A DNA stretch of 64,000 bases from Haplodiscus bocki. Lineage: Eukaryota. A program made the position numbers and the translations under genes. Each line of letters starts with the position of its first letter. The stretch's first letter is position 1. Below the pieces are notes generated by a model. That model made no database searches. It worked only from the letters and a program-made list of their open reading frames with translations, and had not been told where the DNA came from. Of this stretch, positions 1-11,840 are shown piece by piece. The stretch is from contig OZ296657.1 of the NCBI GenBank assembly GCA_965655095.1, positions 15,996,001 to 16,060,000 of the forward strand. Reading direction: 5' to 3'.

Positions 1-127
1 CATTGTCCACATGACTCCAACAAGAACATGTCCCAAGTTCACATGAGGCGAAGTACTCGACGAAACTCACAATCAAGATGAATGCAAAATCAACTGCTAA
101 CAATATTAGACCACGTAGAACAATATT

Positions 128-3100
128 GTCCTGTTAGTGTAACTTGCAGGTAGCAGAGCCCCTTCACCCCCCTCTAATAATATTCTTTTGGCGTTGAGAT
201 GACACGAAGACTTAAACGATACCCGCTTTTGAGGTGATTGCAAAATCAGCTGTCACCAATTTCGGTACATGCAGAACAAGGGTATACTGTTACCGTAACG
301 AACAGATTGCACAGCCCCTACTATCTAGTTACGAAAATTCGTTGGTCGTTCATATGACACGAAGCATTCAAAAAACTAGCTCTTACGAGGAAAGCGAAAG
401 AAACTGTTGAATCTCTCAGAACATGCAGAACAATGGTGTCCTGTTATGGTAACTTACAAGTAGCAGAGCCTTTGACAGCTCCAGAACAGTATTCCGTTCC
501 GTTCATACGACACGAAATATTCAACAATACCAGCACTTAAGGTGAACGCAAAACCAACTGTCAGAGTTTTCAGTACCAGCAGAAAAAATGGTGTCCTGTT
601 AGTTTATCTTACCGGTAGCACAGCTCCTGCAACCGAGCAAACATTATTAATTTACCGTTCAAATAACGCGAAGTATTCAAAGAAAATCCCTTTTCAGATG
701 AAACCAGAAAATCCTCTTTACAAATTTAGACCAATAATGTCCTGTTAGAGTAACCTACAGGTAGCAGAGCCCCTGCCCGCTCCCTAACAGTATTCCTTCG
801 GCGCTCAAACTACACGAAGCATTCAAAGATGCCCGCTCTTCAGGTGAAGACAAAACCAACTGTCAACATTTTGAATACATGTAGAACAATTGTGTCCTGT
901 TAGTTGAAAGTACAGAAAGGACAGCTCACGCCAGCTATTTACCAATATTCGTCTGTCGTTCATATGATACGAAGCATTCAACAAACTAGATCTTACGAGC
1001 GAGGCGGAAGAGATTGTTTAATCCCTCAAAACATGCAGAGCAATGGTGTCCTGTTAGTGTAACTTGCAGGTAGCAGAGCCCCTTCACACCCCTCTAATAA
1101 TATTCTTTTGGCGTTGAGATGACACGAAGACTTAAACGATACCCGCTTTTGAGGTGATTGCAAAATCAGCTTTCACCAATTTCGGTACATGCAGAACAAG
1201 GGTATACTGTTACCGTAACGAACAGATTGCACAGCCCCTACTATCTAGTTACGAAAATTCGTTGGTCGTTCATATGACACGAAGCATTCAAAAAACTAGC
1301 TCTTACGAGGAAAGCGAAAGAAACTGTTGAATCTCTCAGAACATGCAGAACAATGGTGTCCTGTTATGGTAACTTACAAGTAGCAGAGCCTTTGACAGCT
1401 CCAGAACAGTATTCCGTTCCGTTCATACGACACGAAAAATTCAACAATACCAGCACTTAAGGTGAACGCAAAACCAACTGTCAGAGTTTTCAGTACCAGC
1501 AGAAAAAATGGTGTCCTGTTAGTTTATCTTACCGGTAGCACAGCTCCTGCAACCGAGCAAACATTATTAATTTACCGTTCAAATAACGCGAAGTATTCAA
1601 AGAAAATCCCTTTTCAGATGAAACCAGAAAATCCTCTTTACAAATTTAGACCAATAATGTCCTGTTAGAGTAACCTACAGGTAGCAGAGCCCCTGCCCGC
1701 TCCCTAACAGTATTCCTTCGGCGCTCAAACTACACGAAGCATTCAAAGATGCCCGCTCTTCAGGTGAAGACAAAACCAACTGTCAACATTTTGAATACAT
1801 GTAGAACAATTGTGTCCTGTTAGTTGAAAGTACAGAAAGGACAGCTCACGCCAGCTATTTACCAATATTCGTCTGTCGCTCATATGATACGAAGCATTCA
1901 ACAAACTAGATCTTACGAGCGAGGCGGAAGAGATTGTTTAATCCCTCAAAACATGCAGAGCAATGGTGTCCTGTTAGTGTAACTTGCAGGTAGCAGAGCC
2001 CCTTCACCCCCTCTAATAATATTCTTTTGGCGTTGAGATGACACGAAGATTTAAACGATACCCGCTTTTGAGGTGATTGCAAAATCAGCTGTCACCAATT
2101 TCGGTACATGCAAAACAAGGGTATACTGTTACCGTAACGATCAGATTGCACAGCCCCTACTATCTAGTTACGAAAATTCGTTGGTCGTTCATGACACGAA
2201 GCATTCAAAAAACTAGCTCTTACGAAGAAAGCGAAAAAAACTGTTGAATCTCTCAGAACATGCAGAACAATGGTGTCCTGTTATGGTAACTTACAAGTAG
2301 CAGAGCCTTTGACAGCTCCAGAACAGTATTCCGTTCCGTTCATACGACACGAAAAATTCAACAATACCAGCACTTAAGGTGAACGCAAAACCAACTGTCA
2401 GAGTTTTCAGTACCAGCAGAAAAAATGGTGTCCTGTTAGTTTATCTTACCGGTAGCACAGCTCCTGCAACCGAGCAAACATTATTAATTTACCGTTCAAA
2501 TAACGCGAAGTATTCAAAGAAAATCCCTTTTCAGATGAAACCAGAAAATCCTCTTTACAAATTTAGACTAATAATGTCCTGTTAGAGTAACCTACAGGTA
2601 GCAGAGCCCCTGCCCGCTCCCTAACAGTATTCCTTCGGCGCTCAAACTACACGAAGCATTCAAAGATGCCCGCTCTTCAGGTGAAGACAAAACCAACTGT
2701 CAACATTTTGAATACATGTAGAACAATTGTGTCCTGTTAGTTGAAAGTACAGAAAGGACAGCTCACGCCAGCTATTTACCAATATTCGTCTGTCGCTCAT
2801 ATGATACGAAGCATTCAACAAACTAGATCTTACGAGCGAGGCGGAAGAGATTGTTTAATCCCTCAAAACATGCAGAGCAATGGTGTCCTGTTAGTGTAAC
2901 TTGCAGGTAGCAGAGCCCCTTCACCCCCTCTAATAATATTCTTTTGGCGTTGAGATGACACGAAGATTTAAACGATACCCGCTTTTGAGGTGATTGCAAA
3001 ATCAGCTGTCACCAATTTCGGTACATGCAAAACAAGGGTATACTGTTACCGTAACGATCAGATTGCACAGCCCCTACTATCTAGTTACGAAAATTCGTTG

Positions 3101-4718
3101 GTCGTTCATGACACGAAGCATTCAAAAAACTAGCTCTTACGAAGAAAGCGAAAAAAACTGTTGAATCTCTCAGAACATGCAGAACAATGGTGTCCTGTTA
3201 TGGTAACTTACAAGTAGCAGAGCCTTTGACAGCTCCAGAACAGTATTCCGTTCCGTTCATACGACACGAAATATTCAACAATACCAGCACTTAAGGTGAA
3301 CGCAAAACCAACTGTCAGAGTTTTCAGTACAAGCAGGAAAAATGGTGTCCTGTTAGTTTATCTTACCGGTAGCACAGCTCCTGCAACCGAGCAAACATTA
3401 TTAATTTACCGTTCAAATAACGCGAAGTATTCAAAGAAAATCCCTTTTCAGATGAAACCAGAAAATCCTCTTTACAAATTTAGACCAATAATGTCCTGTT
3501 AGAGTAACCTACAGGTAGCAGAGCCCCTGCCCGCTCCCTAACAGTATTCCTTCGGCGCTCAAACTACACGAAGCATTCAAAAATGCCCGCTCTTTAGGTG
3601 AAGACAAAACCAACTGTCAACATTTTGAATACATGTAGAACAATTGTGTCCTGTTAGTTGAAAGTACAGAAAGGACAGCTCACGCCAGCTATTTACCAAT
3701 ATTCGTCTGTCGTTCATATGACACGAAGCATTCAACAAACTAGATCTTACGAGCGAGGCGGAAGAGATTGTTTAATCCCTCAAAACATGCAGAGCAATGG
3801 AGTCCTGTTAGTGTAACTTGCAGGTAGCAGAGCCCCTTCACACCCCTCTAATAATATTCTTTTGGCGTTGAGATGACACGAAGATTTAAACGATACCCGC
3901 TTTTGAGGTGATTGCAAAATCAGCTGTCACCAATTTCGGTACAGGCAGAACAAGGGTATACTGTTACCGTAACGATCAGATTGCACAGCCCCTACTATCT
4001 AGTTACGAAAATTCGTTGGTCGTTCATGACACGAAGCATTCAAAAAACTAGCTCTTACGAAGAAAGCGAAAAAAACTGTTGAATCTCTCAGACCATGCAG
4101 AAAATGGTGTCCTGTTATGGTAACTTACAAGTAGCAGAGCCTTTGACAGCTCCAGAACAGTATTCCGTTCCGTTCATACGACACGAAATATTCAACAATA
4201 CCAGCACTTAAGGTGAGCGCAAAACCAACTGTCAGAGTTTTCAGTACAAGCAGAAAAAATGGTGTCCTGTTAGTTTATCTTACCGGTAGCACAGCTCCTG
4301 CAACCGAGCAAACATTATTAATTTACCGTTCAAATAACGCGAAGTATTCAAAGAAAATCCCTTTTCAGATGAAACCAGAAAATCCTCTTTACAAATTTAG
4401 ACCAATAATGTCCTGTTAGAGTAACCTACAGTTAGCAGAGCCCCTGCCCGCTCCCTAACAGTATTCCTTCGGCGCTCAAACTACACGAAGCATTCAAAGA
4501 TGCCCGCTCTTCAGGTGAAGACAAAACCAACTGTCAACATTTTGAATACATGTAGAACAATTGTGTCCTGTTAGTTGAAAGTACAGAAAGGACAGCTCAC
4601 GCCAGCTATTTACCAATATTCGTCTGTCGTTCATATGACACGAAGCATTCAACAAACTAGATCTCACGAGCGAGGCGGAAGAAATTGTTTAATCCCTCAA
4701 AACATGCAGAACAATGGT
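128..4718. repeat. Five tandem copies of a 6-monomer HOR (920, 920, 917, 917, 917 bp)
   Basis: Unit starts at 128, 1048, 1968, 2885 and 3802. The same spurious 68-aa ORF recurs at 542, 1462, 2379, 3296 and 4213 with only 0-1 aa differences. Confidence 0.95.
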
Positions 4719-5627
4719 GTCCTGTTATGGTAACTTACAAGTAGCAGAGCCTTTGACAGCTCCAGAACAGTATTCCTTTGGCATTCATATGACAGGAAGT
4801 ATTCACGATACCCGTTCAAAAGGTAAACGCAAAATCAACTGTCAACTTTTTCAGTACAAGTCAAACAATTGTGTCCTGTTCGTTTATATTACTGAAAGCA
4901 CAGCTCATGCCAACTAGCTAACAACATTCGTTTGCCGTTCATATGACACAATGTATTCAGAGGAAGTATCCCTTAAAAAGATAATCAATTCCTAAAGATT
5001 TCAGATCACATAGAACAAGGGAGTCCAGTTAGTGTAACATACAGGTAGGACGGCCCCTGACTGCTACCTAACAAAAGTCCTTTGCGTTCATATGGCACGA
5101 AGTATTCAGAAACACTCGCCCATAAGAAGCACAAGAAAGCAATTGTTAGCAATATAAGTACATGCAGAATAAGTGTATACTGTTACAGGTACAGCGCATA
5201 CCAGGTAGTGAAGAGTATTCTGTTGGCGTTCACAGGACACGAATAATTGAAAGATACCCACTCTTAAAAAGAACGCGATATCAAATGTCAAAATTTCGAG
5301 ACCACGTATAAAAATGGTGTCCTGTTAGTGTAACTTACAGGTAGCAGAGACTCTGCCAGCTCCCGAACCGTATTTTCTCTGCGTTCAGTTGACACGAAGT
5401 ATTCAAGAAAACCCGCTCCTAAGGTGAACGCAAAATCATTTGTCAACTTTTTCATGACATGTGGAACAATTGTGTCCTGCTAGTTTCAATTACATGTAGC
5501 AGAGCTCCTGCCAGCTAGTTATCAAAGTTCGTTTGCCGTTCATATGGCACGATATAATCAAAGATACCCGCTCCTAAGGTGAACACAAAACCAACTGTCA
5601 ACATTTTCAGTATATGTAGAAAACATT

Positions 5628-7425
5628 GTCCACATGACTCCAACAAGAACATGTCCAAAGTTCACATGAGGCGAAGTACTCGACGAAACTCACAATCAAG
5701 ATGAATGCAAAATCAACTGCTAACAATATTAGACCACGTAGAACAATATTGTCCTGTTAGTGTAACTTGCAGGTAGCAGAGCCCCTTCACACCCCTCTAA
5801 TAATAATCTTTTGGCGTTGAGATGACACGAAGACTTAAACGATACCCGCTTTTGAGGTGATTGCAAAATCAGCTGTCACCAATTTCGGTACATGCAGAAC
5901 AAGGGTATACTGTTAGCGTAACGAACAGATTGCACAGCCCCTACTATCTAGTTACGAAAATTCGTTGGTCGTTCATATGACACGAAGCATTCAAAAAACT
6001 AGCTCTTACGAGGCAAGCGAAAGAAACTGTTGAATCTCTCAGAACATGCAGAACAATGGTGTCCTGTTATGGTAACTTACAAGTAGCAGAGCCTTTGACA
6101 GCTCCAGAACAGTATTCCGTTCCGTTCATACGACACGAAATATTCAACAATACCAGCACTTAAGGTGAACGCAAAACCAACTGTCAGAGTTTTCAGTACA
6201 AGCAGAAAAAATGGTGTCCTGTTAGTTTATCTTACCGGTAGCACAGCTCCTGCAACCGAGCAAACATTATTTAATTTACCGTTCAAATAACGCGAAGTAT
6301 TCAAAGAAAATCCCTTCTCAGATGAAACCAGAAAATCCTCTTTACAAATTTAGACCAATAATGTCTTGTTAGAGTAACCTACTGGTAGCAGAGCCCCTGC
6401 CCGCTCGGTAACAGTATTCCTTCGGCGCTCAAACTACACGAAGTATTCAAAGATGCCCGCTCTTCAGGTGAAGACAAAACCAACTGTCAACATTTTGAAT
6501 ACATGTAGAACAATTGTGTCCTGTTAGTTGAAAGTACAGATAGGACAGCTCACGCCAGCTATTTACCAATATTCGTCTGTCGTTCATATGACACGAAGCA
6601 TTCAACAAACTAGATCTCACGAGCGAGGCGGAAGAAATTGTTTAATCCCTCAAAACATGCAGAGCAATGGTGTCCTGTTAGTGTAACTTACAAGTAGCAG
6701 AGCCTTTGACAGCTCCAGAACAGTATTCCTTTGGCATTCATATGACAGGAAGTATTCACGATACCCGTTCATAAGATGAAAGCAAAATCAACTGTCAACT
6801 TTTTCAGTACAAGTCAAACAATTGTGTCCTGTTCGTTTATATTACTGAAAGCACAGCTCATGCCAACTAGCTAAAAACATTCGTTTGCCGTTCATATGAC
6901 ACAATGTATTCAGAGGAAGTATCCCTTAAAAAGATAATCAATTCTTAAAGATTTCAGATCACATAGAACAAGGGAGTCCAGTTAGTGTAACATACAGGTA
7001 GGACGGCCCCTGACTGCTACCTAACAAAAGTCCTTTGCGTTCATATGGCACGAAGTATTCAGAAACACTCGCCCATAAGAAGCACATGAAAGCAATTGTT
7101 AGCAATATAAGTACATGCAGAATAAGTGTATACTGTTACAGGTACAGCGCATACCAGGTAGTGAAGAGTATTCTGTTGGCGTTCACAGCACACGAATAAT
7201 TGAAAGATACCCACTCTTGAAAAGAACGCGATATCAAATGTTAAAATTTCGAGACCACGTATATAAATGGTGTCCTGTTAGTGTAACTTACAGGTAGCAG
7301 AGACTCTGCCAGCTCCCGAACCGTATTCTCTCTGCGTTCATATGACACGAAGTATTCAAAGATACCCGCTCCTAAGGTGAACACAAAACCAACTGTCATC
7401 ATTTCCAGTATATGTAGAAAACATT
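5628..7425. repeat. One complete 1798-bp 12-monomer HOR that contains the 6-mer as a sub-block
   Basis: The short monomer GTCCACATGACTCCAACAAGAACATGTCC occurs at 5, 5628 and 7426. Between 5628 and 7426 lie one 6-mer block plus further monomer types also seen at 4719-5470 and 7857-8600. Confidence 0.9.
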
Positions 7426-8882
7426 GTCCACATGACTCCAACAAGAACATGTCCAAAGTTCACATGAGGTGAAGTACTCGACGAAACTCACAATCAAGAT
7501 GAATGCAAAATCAACTGCTAAGAATATTAGACCTCGTAGAACAATATTGTCCTGTTAGTGTAACTTGCAGGTAGCAGAGCCCCTTCACCCCCCTCTAATA
7601 ATATTCTTTTGGCGTTGAGATGACACGAAGATTTAAACGATACCCGCTTTTGAGGTGATTGCAAAATCAGCTGTCACCAATTTCGGTACATGCAGAACAA
7701 GGGTATACTGTTACCGTAACGATCAGATTGCACAGCCCTTACTATCTAGTTACGAAAATTCGTTGGTCGTTCATGACACGAAGCATTCAAAAAACTAGCT
7801 CTTACGAAGAAAGCGAAAGAAACTGTTGAATCTCTCAGAACATGCAGAACAAGGGTGTCCTGTTATGGTAACTTACAAGTAGCAGAGCCTTTGACAGCTC
7901 CAGAACAGTATTCCTTTGGTATTCGTATGACAGGAAGTGTTCACGATACCCGTTCATAAGGTGAACGCAAAATCAACTGTCAACTTTTTCAGTACAAGTC
8001 AAACAATTGTGTCCTGTTCGTTTATATTACTGAAAGCACAGCTCATGCCAACTAGCTAACAACATTCGTTTGCCGTTCGTATGACACAATGTATTCAGAG
8101 GAAGTGTCCCTTAAAATGATAATCAATTCTTAAAGATTTCAGATCACATAGAACAAGGGAGTCCAGTTAGTGTAACATACAGGTAGGACGGCCCCTGACT
8201 GCTACCTAACAAAAGTCCTTTGCGTTCATATGGCACGAAGTATTCAGAAACACTCGCCCATAAGAAGCACATGAAAGCAATTGTTAGCAATATAAGTACA
8301 TGCAGAATAAGTGTATACTGTTACAGGTACAGCGCATACCAGGTAGTGAAGAGTATTCTGTTGGCGTTCACAGGACACGAAACATTGAAAGATACCCACT
8401 CTCAAAAAAAACGCGAAATCAACTGTTAAAATATCGAGACCACGTATATGAATGGTGTCCTGCTAGTGTAACCTACAGGTAGCAGAGACTCTGTCAGCTC
8501 TCGAACCGTATTCTCTCTGCGTTCATATGACACGAAGTATTCAACGATACCTGCTCTAAAGGTGAACGCAAGATCAACTGTCACCATTCTCAGTACATGT
8601 AAAACAATTGTTTCCTGTTAGTTTAAATAACAGGTAGCATAGGTCCTGCCAGCGAGCTAATTTTATTCTTTTAGCGTTCATATGACGCGAAGTATTCAAA
8701 GAAACTCGCTCTCAAGACGAACGCAAAATCAAATATTAACAATTCAAGACCACGTAGAACAATGGTGTCCTGTTAGTGTAACTTACAGGTAGCAGAGACC
8801 CTGTCAGCTCCCTAACAGCATTTTCTGGCGTTCATAAGACACAAAAAATTCAACGATACCCGCTCTTAAGATGAACGCAAAA

Positions 8883-9158
8883 TCAACTGTCATTATTTTC
8901 AGTACGTCCAATGTTGCAACTGTAATCAAATTCTTTGCCGGTATAAAAGCATACTGCTCCAGCAGCATCATGTATTATTGCATGTAGTTTGAAAACAATG
9001 GAGCTGCAAAACACATCATCCAAGTTCGAGTCTCCATAACCAATGATTTCAACAAATGGAAACTTTTGGTCCATGTTACGTGAAGAGATTCTATCGTTCC
9101 AACAGTAACTTGCACTGACAAATATGTTTCTGCGAGCACTGATTTGTTCATGAGACAA
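8883..9158 (-). pseudogene. Small ORF with LHAIIHDAAG motif (possible phospholipase-A2-like His-Asp domain), 3' end truncated by the satellite
   Basis: ORF track 91 aa ...IIGYGDSNLDDVFCSSIVFKLHAIIHDAAGAV... The last codons and the stop lie inside the terminal satellite monomer. The PLA2 assignment rests only on the HD dyad and on PLA2-like genes being known in Polinton-type viruses. Confidence 0.4.
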
Positions 9159-9649
9159 TCTTTGACTATTGTTTCAATTATGAACCATTTTCATCAATAA
9201 CAATGCACTGCTTGAAAAGCTTATAAATGTAATTCAATAGATAAACTCGCTTTGCAACGAGCTCGTGGTATAGTCAAATTTCTGACCGATTTTATCATCT
9301 TTGAGGTACGATAATTTCCGTAACGGTACACGACAATGTTCAACTTGTCTATCAGTCTTGAATATTACACATACCTTTCTCCTACCATTATATACTGCTC
9401 AATTTAGGCAAAAAATTCCTCTTTGGGATCAGTCTTTTCAATGTCTGGTGATCATTGCATTTCGACTGGCGTCAATATTACTTTTTCGAGAGTTTTTGGA
9501 GTTGTTAGTACAATATGATTAAGTGCCAAATATGAATTTAGCTGGAGAAAGAATTTTCTATCTCCAAAGTTGCAACTCATCCTGACAGTAAAAGAAAAGA
9601 AATTGATAAAGTAAAAAGTTGCAACTACTTTTTTCAGGACCAAACAACT

Positions 9650-10225
9650 GAATTGCTTAGCAATACCTTGATCATATACAAAATCCATATACAGAACAAC
9701 TAGATATCTAAAAAAGCTTAAATGAATACGATTTCTATGTGAATTAAAAACAAGTTTATATTTCACATAAAGTATGTCGAAAATTCTAACTCATTCTCTC
9801 TTGTAGAAAATTGGACTTCAGAATATGAAATCTCCGGCGAGTCCACGCTGTTTCGCAGCTGAGTCGCACAAATTTTTCGGTTTGGACGATCCACAACGTC
9901 AACCACTTTGGGAGCCAGTTTCTTTTGATATAATTGTCATCTGAACGGGAGACAAGTTTTCCTCCCGGCTAAAGTTTTCTGTTGCAACAACTAGCTGATT
10001 TTGTAGTCTCATAAATTGTTTGAAGCCTGCTTCTCCCATTTAAGGAGTTTTTACCAGTCAAAAATCCTAGTCAACATCTTTCGTGAAGACTTAGAGTTTG
10101 ATATCCAACGAACCAAAGTCACCTTTGGAACAAGAAAAGCGTTCAAAAATGTCTGTGAATTTTCCAAAGCTAGCCGGTTCAAGTTAGCTTGTCCAAGGAA
10201 GGAGTAGTTTTGTAAGCCAATGGTT
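9650..10225 (-). pseudogene. Frameshifted gene of the Polinton-like element, possibly PC4-like ssDNA-binding protein
   Basis: Stitched translation ...SLDIKLxVFTKDVDxDFxLVKTPxMGEAGFKQFMRLQNQLVVATENFSREENLSPV...KVVDVVDRPNRKICATQLR... A beta-strands-then-helix pattern appears twice. Homologous copy at ~48980-49510. Confidence 0.45.
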
Positions 10226-11699
10226 TTGATCATTGAGACAGCACGCTAGTAGCTGAGAAAGTCATCTGTTATAACAGAAGGGAAGTTAAGGAATGATCAT
10301 GGAGCTGCAAGTTGTTGCTGATATACGCTTCCGCATACCTTATTTGGTCAAGCTTACGTGTTATTTCAATTGAAGGAGACTTTTTTCTTTCAGGTCATTG
10401 GATCGACTTTCTCTAAAAATGAAAACCTCCTGCCTTTTTCAGTACGCTTGTAGGAAAAAAACGAAAAACTCTGCTTTTCAGGTTCATTTGTTCAGAAAAC
10501 CTCTTCAACAATCAAAAGGTTAGTGATAAGATGCAAGTAATTACCAGTTTTTACAATGGGAGAAGTTGAGAAAACAGCCTTTTCCATTAACTAAATATAT
10601 ACAAAAAACACATGGTATGTAAAGGAAACTGCATTGCCGACCACGACAAGACGTGCTTTCTACACAATTGCAGATATCACACTACAATAGAAGGATACAT
10701 TGAAGAGTTGCTAGAGAAACTGAATGGAATCTGCATCAAGTACCAGCACAAGAGCTATCTAAACAAACTCTTTGAGCATCGGTTCAGTAACAAAATGATT
10801 GACAAGAGGGGATAAATGTTTGATAGCAGACAGCAATCTACTTTAATCAAAGGGAGAGGAATGGACAGAATGCCCAGCAGTGCAATAGAGACTCTTAAGG
10901 AAAAGTTAAAACAGCACTTATTGAGCTCATTCGGAAGACAAAGTCAACGCAAACATAACAAATAGTGTCAGCAGAAAGATCTCAAAAGTCAAGAAGAAAA
11001 ACTTGAATTCGAGCTGATCAATATTGCAGATTCTTTCCTAGATGGTTACGGTAATTAAGATAAATAACTTTTTTACCCTAAAGAATAAACTCCATATAAA
11101 ATAATCATTCTTTGAATCCCAAAGAGACCTGTAAATATCAAGTGGTACTGCCCGTGAAAAGCCACCACACCCAGCAACAGTCCCACAACACTAAAGAATC
11201 TACCAAACAAACACTCTCTCGATCATTAAGAAGAAAAAAAAGAAGGAACATTCATCGCTGTTTCCTTCTATAATTGGCACTTTTATTTCTGTTCCGTACC
11301 AAGACTCCGCCAGATATCTTCCCACATCAAATCTGACTGACGGATAGATTCTGTGTACCTGTAAATGGCTGTTGCTCAAGTTTTCTTATCGCTCCGAGAC
11401 AACAATGAAGACAATGGATGGAAACTTACTTCAAAAGCCCACTATGTCATTTTGGGAGTGTTGCATTTTGGTAAACAATGTTGTTACAATTTATGCTCCA
11501 CAGGGATTTGTCTAGAGTTTCGGAAAAATTTCTCATGATTCAAAAAGAAACTTGTTCCGCACTGCTAAGGGGATATTTGGCAACACAAGATTATGATACT
11601 TTACTTCAGCGCAAACAGCGTCTTTTATGTCTGCTCTGTAGAGCAAGCAGTTTTTGAAACTGGCAAAAGCAATGATTGTTCACCCACAACCTGAGAAAC

Positions 11700-11840
11700 G
11701 AAATAACAATCAGATTCCGAATCAAAAATTTCACAACATGTCGGAGTTTGAATCAAAGTGTCACAATTTGAATCAAAAATTTTACGTGTGAGATTTCGGA
11801 AAAAGAATTTTTTTCTGAGTTCAAGTGTTAAATTCCAAAC
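11700..11840. repeat. Degenerate ~20-30-bp minisatellite ((T)GAATCAAAAATTT...CAGATT)
   Basis: GAATCAAA repeats at ~11719, 11750 and 11770. Related units occur at ~50930-51170. Confidence 0.45.

Larger units (their letters stand above)
1..8905. repeat. Satellite DNA array, ~155-bp monomers in higher-order repeats (runs off the left edge of the window)
   Basis: The anchor motif GTCCTGTTAG or a variant recurs at 128, 282, 438, 593, 739, 894, 1048 and onward, with ~146-156 bp spacing. Neighbouring monomers are clearly diverged, while multi-monomer blocks are near-identical. The last monomer ends at ...AATCAACTGTCATTATTTTCAGTAC (~8905). Confidence 0.97.

Noticed and set aside
338-352. CENP-B box (TTCGTTGG...) in monomer B
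   Set aside because: Matches only the first half. The essential A..CGGG positions are absent (TTCGTTGGTCGTTCA).
810-850. Hammerhead ribozyme in the satellite (minus-strand CTGAAGA)
   Set aside because: No stem II followed by GAAA, and the motif is not conserved across monomers.
542-4419. Five near-identical 68-aa ORFs as a tandem gene family
   Set aside because: They start at GTG, cross monomer boundaries, are frameshifted in the sixth copy (~6270) and simply follow the 917-920-bp HOR.
1-8905. CRISPR-like array (conserved motif plus variable spacers)
   Set aside because: The intervening sequences are homologous to each other and repeat in blocks. There are no cas genes, and the context is eukaryotic.
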